From contig OU015567.1 of assembly GCA_907165135.1 (NCBI GenBank), positions 14,446,001 to 14,510,000 on the forward strand: a DNA stretch of 64,000 bases, written 5' to 3'. Below, piece by piece: positions 13,020 through 21,950 of this stretch. Made by a program: the position numbers and the translations under genes. Source of the stretch: Oikopleura dioica (Eukaryota; Animalia; Chordata). How positions within the stretch are numbered: position 1 is the first letter of the stretch; the number at the start of each line of letters is the position of its first letter. Under the pieces are notes generated by a model. The model saw only the letters and a program-made list of their open reading frames with translations. It searched no databases and was not told where the DNA came from.

Positions 13020-13447
13020 TCAAAACTTGTTCACGCCCGCAATCTGTTTCTGCTGATTTTTCATCTTCGTTTTGAAAGGAATATCCTTTTTCAGTTCCTT
13101 GGGCAACACCATTTTGTTGAACACGCGTTTCTTTCGTTGGACAGGTTTGTAAAGCGAGTCTGATCGCTGCTTGAGCTTGATGTCCCGCTCTTTTCGGATT
13201 TCTCCAGCGGTTTACAGTCCTTGCCAGTCGGATTTCTTTGACTCCTCTTATTACCAATAGAATCAGAGAGGCATTAAAAAGGATTAATTACCTGTAACAA
13301 GTTTGTGACCGGCAGATACATCGACGGAATCGCCAAGTTTACCCAAGTCTTGCAGAAGATAATATCAGAGTATTGCACTCGATCTTCGAAGGTAATTCTG
13401 ACAACGCCTTCCGGCTTTCTCAGTGACTTTTTGATGATGTCTCCGAT
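13020..13447 (-). pseudogene. BMS1: BMS1 C-terminal fragment with in-frame stop
   Basis: IIKKSLRKPEGVVRITFEDRVQYSDIIFCKTW..YLPVTNLLQ | 47-nt intron | SDWQGL*TAGEIR..RSDSLYKPVQRKKRVF..LPKELKKDIPFK. TAA at 13214-13212. Confidence 0.85.
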
Positions 13448-13460
13448 TCAAGAAACAGAG

Positions 13461-13556
13461 CAGTTTCCTGGGCGTGAGAAAGTTCGCCGCGCGGCCCGCT
13501 GATTGGCCGTCATTTCAGTTCAAAAAACTGTGGCGGTGGCCACGCCCAGGAAACTG
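13461..13556. repeat. 16-bp perfect inverted repeat enclosing a GC-rich core
   Basis: cagtttcctgggcgtg (13461-13476) and cacgcccaggaaactg (13541-13556); core contains gattgg (reverse CCAAT). Confidence 0.7.
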
Positions 13557-13812
13557 AACAACAGCGCCACTTTGAGCGCAGCGGATCAGAAACCAAGCCC
13601 GGCCGAGATGGAAAAAGATCACCAAGAGCTGAAAAGTTCGAAATGGCCGAAATTCATCATAATTGATAAAAAAAGGGAGGATTTAGGGGTTTTCGGACAC
13701 GGAGAATTTGAATTTGGGATAATTTTTTCAAATAAATCAAGATTTACGGAAAAAAAATAAGTTTTAAAATTGAAATCAAGGAGGAATTTGTAAAATGATT
13801 TATAAAAACAAA

Positions 13813-13855
13813 AGCCCCTCTGGTTGCTTCCTTTTCGGGAGTGACTGGAGGGGCT
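13813..13855. repeat. Small hairpin (agcccctc...gaggggct) with orientation-variable loop
   Basis: Same loop orientation at 13813 and 47429; opposite orientation at 26428 and 34841. Confidence 0.85.
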
Positions 13856-13965
13856 GAGTTTTTTTTTTTCATCAAAATAAGACTGTTTTCATGCTTTTTC
13901 AGACATAAAAGGCACAGTTTTTTCTAAAAGAAGTTTATTTTTAATGAGAAGAGCAGAATATAAGT

Positions 13966-14964
13966 TTAAATGTCGTCGACTTGGTCGCCATTGATCCAGG
14001 AGTGGAGGGTGATGGTGTAGCTGCTTGCTCGTGCGAATCTAGCATGGTTATCGCGGAAGTATTCCTGGATCTGGATCTTCTTAGAGGACGCGTGAACAGC
14101 CTCTCGCATCAGTCGATCAGCTTCGTCGTCGTTATTTCTTACCGCAGCCTTGACATCTTTTCGATGTTTGTCCAGCATGTGCTTGAGTAGCTCGGGCTCG
14201 TCCAGCATCAAAAAGCCGCACTTGCAGCAGTAGAAGTCGGCGAAGACGGCCTTGCAGACGTGGTTAAACCACAGTTCGTCCAGCTTGAAAAGAACAGCTT
14301 GCTCGTTGACGTCGTGAAAGATATCGGGGTTGATCAATATTGCAAGTTGCTTTCCAAGATCGCCCTCGTTCATCATGAGCTTTGTGCGGTCGAGATAATG
14401 AAGGGCAAAAGTTGAGTCTTGTTGAAAATTTGAAATCCTTCGTCGAAGATATTGCCTAGAAGTGCGAAGAAATCTAAAAGGATATGATTAAAATCTTTAA
14501 AGGAAAAATAAGAATCATTACCTCTCATGTTGCAATTCGTCGAATGTATATTGAGGCGTGTAGTCCCAGTTGTGATCATCAAGCCGGTGACGTATCGCTG
14601 CGATTGCTGCTTGTTTTGTGTGCCCAATCATCTCGGAAACGATGGTTCGGCCACCTTTGATAATTGAAAATAGAAGAGCAGGAAGAAGAAACTCGACGAT
14701 TTTCCAGGAGTTTACCTAAAGAAATTGTTATTTTGATAATTTATTATAAATTAAACTTACTTGTTGACTTTGACAGTTTGCCTTGTGCTTTTCCTTGAAT
14801 CCTTTGGCCGTCTGGACATTGTCAATTTCTTCTTGTCGTTCTCTTTGTCGACGCTCCCTTTGACGGCGAATTTCATTTCTCCGTCCATGTTCTAAACGGC
14901 CGTTACTATAGGGTTGATAACGGGCTGGTTGGGCGACTTGTTCTCTGTTTCTTAAAACAGGCAT
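13966..14964 (-). CDS. Orphan 301-aa protein with a single C2H2 zinc finger and a basic N-terminus
   Basis: Exons 14964-14761, 14715-14522 and 14473-13966 with 45- and 48-nt GT-AG introns join in frame (906 nt). Motif C-x2-C-x12-H-x4-H (CCKCGFLMLDEPELLKHMLDKH); RRQRERRQRER. Confidence 0.8.
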
Positions 14965-15179
14965 TCTTTTAAAATTGATTTGAACTTTTTTGAAAAAAAT
15001 TCGAAATAAATACGAGAACAACATCTAGCGCCACCTTTTTTTCTCTAAATTTGATCACCCACTAAGCATCTGATCTCCAACAGAGGAGCGCCCGCTACTA
15101 TTCATAAATTTTATTTTTGTAAAATCTGATTTTAAAAAAATATCTGTCCAATTAAAAGGAAAGAAAAATATTTATTGAT

Positions 15180-15625
15180 TAATTTTTTGTGGTAAACAAG
15201 CAATTAAATGGTATAATTTTAGCAAAAATTGATCAATTGAAACATAAGATATTCGCCATACAAAATCGGGCCTGCAAATTACCTTCAGTATTTTCCTTTA
15301 CGCTCTAACTCGAGTTTTTGTCATCCGATTTCAATGATAAATAGATATCCGAAGAGCTCATGTCCCACATTTATACATGATTTAAAAAATATTTGAAAAA
15401 AATCACTTCCTCAAATAATGCATTAATATTTGAATGTGGGAAAAGAGCTTTTCAAACATCTATTTATCATTAAAATCGGCTCATGAAAACTGGAGTTAGA
15501 GTGTGAAGGAAAATACTGAGGGAAATTTGCAGGCCCGATTTTGTATGGCGAATATCTTATGTTCCAATTGACTAAATTGTAAGAAAATTATACCATTGTA
15601 TTCATTTTTTACCACAATTTTATTT
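15180..15625. mobile_element. Palindromic (foldback/MITE-like) element
   Basis: 40-bp perfect inverted repeat 15241-15280 vs 15524-15563, with imperfect arms extending both ways. Ends and TSD not resolved. Confidence 0.7.
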
Positions 15626-15939
15626 TATTATTCAAATCATAGGCATATTCCAAAAGGGAGCGCCTTTTTTGAAACATGAATAATTAAAAATCCAATAATC
15701 TAGAATTGGAGGGGCGCGCCACTGTGGGACACCGTCTGATCAAAATCTACGACAGTCATGATAAAAAACATCGAACTTTTCCAAGGACTTATCGTTTCAG
15801 GGAGTTTTTACTTTTTGAGCCGAGATTCGCTTGATTTTTGCTCAGGTTTTCTTTTTAGGGCATGCTTGTCGCTAAAATTGTCAGGCATTGTTTTTTGTCA
15901 GAAAAAGACTGAGAGCCGCTAATTAAAAAAATGCAAAAA

Positions 15940-16150
15940 AAAATCTTCCTTGATTTCCAAGAAAAAGAAGTTTTTCAGCTGCCCCAAAGAACAAATCAGT
16001 TTTTCTATCTTCGGCGCGCCGCTGCGGGAGATCAGCTCAAGCTAGCCCCTTTTTCGAGTGATCCCCTGCAGCGGCGCGCCCAAGATCGAAAAAGTGATAT
16101 GTTTTTTGGAGGAGCTAAATAGCTGCTTTCTCGGAAATCGAGAGAAATCT
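15940..16150. repeat. Imperfect palindromic element
   Basis: cggcgcgccgctgc ... gcagcggcgcgcc core, with arms pairing out to about 100 bp each. Confidence 0.65.
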
Positions 16151-16950
16151 CTGTTTTTAATCTTTCACCAAAAGATAGGGGCAATTTTTTGAATCATTTT
16201 GAAAAACGGTAGTAACATCATTCACGCGCTTTGAGCAAACAAGGAAAAAAGGGTGATACCTTGGGAGAAAAGCCGAATGCTTCGTGCTGAGAAAAGAGGC
16301 ACATTTTGTGATTGAAAATGTCTCTAAAATCAGACGAATGCTGTCATGACAAGCTCTTGGGAATTTCGTAGGAGCTTGACCGGATGTTGTTTTCAGAGTA
16401 ACGTTTTTATTACTCCAAGAGTTAAATGTTCCAACTTTCAAGTATTTATTTAGTTACTGGCCAATTTTGACACGTAAAGTGCTTGGAAGCAGAATCACGA
16501 GGAGGGGGAGGAGCAGGAAGCGGCTGGGCGCTGCTATTATTTCCGACATGATAATGTTTATCCACGTGGCTTCTACTTTCGACAGGAGCATACTTTCCAG
16601 CAATAAAGCAATCATTTAAGAGTCTTTTATCGACAGAAAAACGTGGTGGGCGTGTAATTGTTGGCGCCAACAGCAACAAGTAGCCACTGAAATCACTGCT
16701 AGTTTTTTTCGTAATTATGCGCTTGTTTGGCACACGTGCTTCTAGGGCCACGAAAGCTCGATCTTTCATAAGATCAAAAGGGCACGTGAGGAGACTTCTT
16801 TCAAGGTCTGCAATCGCACTTTTAACTTTTTACCTCTCAAAAAAGGGAAAGAATCAATTATACTCCTCGTTGATTTCAAAGAAAAATATGCTCCGCTTCA
16901 TGATCGACTTGATCATCCAGTTCTTTGAGAACTTGAGTGTCTGATTGTCG

Positions 16951-17100
16951 AAAAGCCAGCCCCTCCGGCCATTTCCCCGCGGGGATTTGGCTGGGGGGGC
17001 TTTTTTACGTTTGGAGAGCCTTGGGCCGAAATTGACCAAACGTAGAAAAGCCCCTCCAGCCAAATCCCCTCGGGGAAATGGCCGGAGGGGCTGGCTTTTT
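16951..17100. repeat. GC-rich near-perfect hairpin (about 62-bp arms)
   Basis: aaaagccagcccctccggccatttcccc... vs ...ggggaaatggccggaggggctggcttttt. Confidence 0.85.
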
Positions 17101-17149
17101 AAAATCAAAGAAAGTGCGAAATAGTTTTTTTAATCTTAGCTGAGATTGA

Positions 17150-17469
17150 TATTTTACTTTTGCCCGAAACTGAGGACGATTTCTCAAATATTTTTAAAAG
17201 TCTGCGATCGTGAGAGCGTTGGCTATACCCTTAATAAAGTCCTGATGGAGTGAAAAATATCAGTGGCATACCCTTAATTTTTAAATTCGGGTTGATTAAA
17301 AAGTCGCTGATTTTATTTAATGGCGATTTTAATTTCAACCATATTTTCTTTTGCCCAAAGCTGAGGAAGATTTCTCAAATATTTTTAAAAGTCGGCGATC
17401 GTGAGAGCGTCGGCTATACCCTTAATAAAGTCCTGACGGAGTAAAAAATATCATTGGGCATACCCTTAT
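17150..17469. repeat. Two about 127-bp direct repeats, period about 191 bp, ending at a breakpoint
   Basis: atatttt..ctgagga..gatttctcaaatatttttaaaagtc..gatcgtgagagcgt..ggctatacccttaataaagtcctga at about 17150 and 17341. Confidence 0.85.
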
Positions 17470-17614
17470 TTTGCCAGATTTGCTCACAAGAAGCTCAGAA
17501 GTAGAAATAAAGTTCGATGTCGAGAGTTGATATAAATGCTCCTTTTATTAATGCCAGATGAATATGTAGTGTTAAAAGAAATGAAAGTGGGCTGATCTCA
17601 GCGTTGTATTAATT

Positions 17615-18613
17615 TTAATTCAACCAAGCCAAACCACATGTTTCGGGGTGGTTTAGAAAACATGCAGCTACTGTTCTTTCAAAGGGTAAGTAAATGATGT
17701 GAAAATATGATGATATGACGTACGTGGCGAGCTGAATTACCGACCGACCGAGAGCTTCAGAAATTGTGCTTTTCTTGGCTGAATTTCGCGACTCCACATC
17801 GTCTCGTCCTTGCGATGATTTCATGAATCCCCTGAATTTCGAGGAAATTTCGATTCACGACTTTCGAAACTTACGCGCTGGAGATGTTTCCAATATTGCC
17901 GGAGATATTGTAGAGGATCGCTCTTGAACGACGTCGCCATTCTTTGAGATCGCGCTAGAATCAACCTTTTAAAAGCGTTCCATTTTGAACTGTTTTACCC
18001 CCTCGCGCTCGCGGGCGAAATTGATCTTCGGATTCGACTTGGAAATGTCCTTGACGGATATGAGAAAGAAAACGACAGTGCCAGTCTCGTTTTTGATTGG
18101 CACTATAAAATCAGTTAGCTACTGTCAGTCCTTTCTTGGCAGCTACCGATATCAAGCTGGCAACTTTGACTTGTTTGATCACGGCTTTCGCGATCGCTGT
18201 AAAAGTGAAACTTGACTTCGACGCGGTACTCTTCCTTGTTTCGCAGGGCGCGCTCGATCCTCTCCTTGATGTCCTGCCGAGTGTCCTCGCCGTAGACGAA
18301 CCTTATCGCGCAAGATCGACGCATAACTGTTCGTGGGTTAATTCGCTAGTTGTGGAGTACCCTAAAGCTTGCTCCAGGAGCTAATTAACCGAGCCTTTGC
18401 AGCGCGGAAGGCCGCTGAGCTCGCAGAAGCCATCTGAGCAATAGACGATCGGGTACTGATCTGGAATCTGCGCATTTCCAAGCACGAAGTTTGAGTCTAA
18501 GAGACGATCATCCCTCTTTTCTAATTTTCGAGAAAAAACTTACGCGATCCGTCAAATCTCTCTGCGATCGTGTCAAGAAACGTGTTTTGCGGTGCGAGCA
18601 GGCCTTTTCTCAT
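17615..18613 (-). pseudogene. KCNH partial duplicate: exons 1-6 (PAS domain), broken in intron 6
   Basis: Homologous to about 808-1926, ends at junction 17492. Coding differences from the main copy are almost all synonymous. Confidence 0.85.
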
Positions 18614-19838
18614 TTCTCTGCCTAAGAAAAATTTTAACCCAATGAAAAATTTCTGCCAATTTTTTGGCCAAACTCTCAAGAAGGCATGGATACAGCCAAA
18701 ATGCCCTAGAAAACGATATTTACTGTGTTAACCTTCTGCACACTTGGGAAATTGGAAGCACAGCCGTGAGGCCATTCTATTTTGATTTTTCTTTTTTCAG
18801 TCGGCGGTGGGTACTCTCTTCAAAATTAATCAAAACTCTTCGCGTGGAACACGTGCAGCTGATTTATTCAAAACCTGACAGAATAATAAATTCCGTAAAC
18901 TACCCCAAAAATAAAACACTTAATACTTAGTTCTTCCAGTGCTCGGATTCACAAGCCTGTCTACTATTTACAGGAGACTGCTAAATTTGATAAAAATCGA
19001 ACTCATTTGCTCTTATAAGTCCAGACAGCTGTTTTGAGAGGTAACTTATTTTCTCTTGAAAAAAAAGAAGAAAAAAATTAGCTTTTGAAAAAAGGATGGC
19101 GAAAAGGATGGACTGGCAGTCAGCAATCAAAGTGAATGGATAAAGAGATTCTTAATTGTGAAAAGAAATCGGCCAGCATTTTAATAGACTATTCACGAGT
19201 TCCACTTTGCACATTTAAAGAGATCCTCGCGCGACGGGAAGCTTCCGCTCCTTTCAGAAGCGATTCTCTGGGGATGAACACTCAAATTCAATGCCTCGCG
19301 AGGCGAACTTCGCGGTACTTTTTTAAAGGAATATTTTTATTTTCGCTGAAATTATGATATCTTTTGAAAAATCTTTCCTTGGAAAACAAAAATTTAATTC
19401 AATGCAACTTTTCAACTTTAGGACCAACTGGTTGATCATTTTTCTTAAATTTCTCTTTGAAATTTTTTCTCAAAAAAGTCGAAAAATATTTGAAGCATAT
19501 TTTCAGATCAGGCCTGGCTTGCTTAAAATATCCCGGTAGCCGAATCGGCGGATCATTCCCAAGTTCGTTAAACGCATCATTAAACCGCATTAACTGTACT
19601 TCCAATTTTGCCCGTGGATGACTTACTCTTTTATAAATTCGCTTCCATGGGTTCTTTTTCAATTTTCAATTTGCAAGTTCTCGTTTTCAAGTTCACATTT
19701 GGCGCTGCGTTTTGTCTTCCTTTGCTGGCTATTAAAATTCAGCAGCGAAAAAACGCGAGCCAGAGGAAGATCCAAAGGATGGCGCTAGATGCGCCCAAAT
19801 AATGCCTCTTTTGCAATTACGATCCTCCTCCCCATATC

Positions 19839-20788
19839 TAGGGTAAATCACAAATATTTGAGCTCTTATTTGGACTTTGTAGAAGAGGCATACAATATCT
19901 TTTTATAATCCCCAGAAGCTGAGGATCATTTTGACTATTGATAGTGGGGGGTCATCTCGTACCCTGAGGGCATTTTGGTACCCCGGAAGTCCCAAAATAT
20001 GGCCAACTTCGGAAATTCAAATTTTTGAGGCCGTAACTAAGCTTTTTAGACTGAGCTATCCATACCAGCTTGTAGCTCAGGCTCTGACAGTCATTTTGAG
20101 GGGTAGAAAAATATGTCCCGGGCTACTCTAGAAAGTGGTGGAGGTGGTGCAAAGCTGGGTCAAGACCGGAAGTCAAGCTAAAATGAACTCTTATGTGATT
20201 TTAATGCAGTAACACTTTGAAAAAGCAACTGTAAATACATAATTGGTCACCCGAGGTCAACTTGGGGTCACTCGGGGTCATTTAAGGTCAAGATTTTTAA
20301 AAAAATACGTCTTTAATAAAAAACACCCCCAACTTGACCCTAGATGACCCCAAGTAACCCCAACTTGACCTCTGGTGACCAATTATGTATTTACAGTTGC
20401 TTTTTTAAAGTGTTACTGTATTTAAATCAGATAAGAGTTCATTTTAGCTGGATTTCCGGTCTTGACCCCAGCTTTGCACCACCTCCACCACTTTCTAGAG
20501 TAGCCCGGGACATACTTTTTTACCCCTCAAAATGACCGTCAGAGCCTGAGCTACAAGCTGGTATAGATAGCTCCGTCAAAAAAGCTTAGTTACGGCCTCG
20601 AAAATTCGAATTTCCGAAGTTGGCCACATTTTGGGACTTTCGGGGTACCAAAATGCCCTCAGGGTACGAGATGACCCCCCACTATCAATAGTCAAAATGA
20701 TCCTCAGCTTCTGGGGATTATAAAAAGGTATTATATGCCTACTCTACTTAGCAAGAAAAAAAGTGGAAAATATTAGTGATTTACCCTA
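19839..20788. mobile_element. Non-autonomous hAT-like foldback element (950 bp)
   Basis: TIR tagggtaaatcac(a/t)aatatt; 8-bp TSD cccatatc (19831-19838, 20789-20796). Empty sites near 3128 and 55491. The whole element is an imperfect palindrome. TAGGG termini plus an 8-bp TSD are typical of hAT. Confidence 0.92.
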
Positions 20789-21950
20789 CCCATATCCGAT
20801 AAAAATCGCGCCTCTGGGAATCGAACTGCTCGAATGATGATTTATTCTGCTTTTGCAGCCACTGCTGGAGAAAGTTACAGCTGCAATGAAAATTTAATTT
20901 TGAATTGTTACAGTAACTAATTTCAAGTCTAAGTTAAAAGCAGACATGCGGGAATAATATTTTGAAGGGTAGATTGAGGTCGGGAAAAGAAAGACGACAC
21001 AAAGTCGTCGCTTTTTATGGCAGGAAAATTACTGTATTCCGCGAGAATTCATTGTCAGTCGATAGACATTTTCGACGATTTGGTCGGCAACAATACTCGA
21101 TCTTTTTTGCTTGATATTGGACGGTACAAATCTGGGGAATTCAGTAACTACAGTATTTTTCACTGAAATGGGATGAGATGAACAAGCATGAGAATCCGGA
21201 CAATCCGCTATTTCTTTTTGCCAAATTCCGGATGATCCCGCCACGTTCATGTGCTCCTTCCTTTTTTTCGAAAAAATGCTGAAACAAGATCCCGATTTTC
21301 ATAATCATCGATAATCCCCTTTCAACGAGTTCAGATTTGAACGACGAAAGCCCACTATTTGACAGCCGACCGCATTTTTGGAAGCCTTTCGGATCATTTT
21401 GGAATAAGTTAGTGCCTTTGACAAGGTAAAATCTGAACTTTCCGTAGGATTCGTCTGACTACCAGTCAAAAGAAGAAGAATTCGCTCTTACAATCAACAA
21501 AATCAACACTTGCAATCAAGGAGAAATCAAGGCGATGGAAGATTCCCTGTGAAAGGTAATCGGAATTAAATTAATCCCATTTGGCTAGAGGTGGCTTCTG
21601 AAATTGAGGCTGCGGCAGGTATCTAATTGCGGCGGCGGCTGTTTATTTATAATCGAATATTCATCCCAGCAAAGTCTTTCTCGAGTTAACACAAATAAAC
21701 CTGCCACTGTTTATATGCACGGACAGACTGCAAGCGAACATTCTTCCTCGCTATCTGACAAGAAAACAAGTGCTATTTTGAATTTGCATCGATGATGTTC
21801 TCAGGTGAGCTCAGAATTCATCTGTTCTCGAAGGTTCGCAAATGAAGCTTTTTATTAAGAGCGAAAAGATTTATTGAACAGAAAAGTTGAATCAGGAATC
21901 AAATCAATTGAAGAACTGCGAAATAAAGAAGCAAAGGAGTTGAATAACAA

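Noticed and set aside
13813-13900. Hairpins as Helitron 3' ends or rho-independent terminators
   Set aside because: No CTRR terminus after the hairpin on either strand; eukaryotic context.
20240-20380. Short ggggtca/tgacccc repeats as CRISPR array or hormone-response cluster
   Set aside because: Irregular, without unique spacers; internal subrepeats of the hAT element. No cas genes.
19839-20788. Transposase or other ORF inside the hAT element
   Set aside because: Only short ORFs (under 70 aa) without transposase motifs; no autonomous element in the window.
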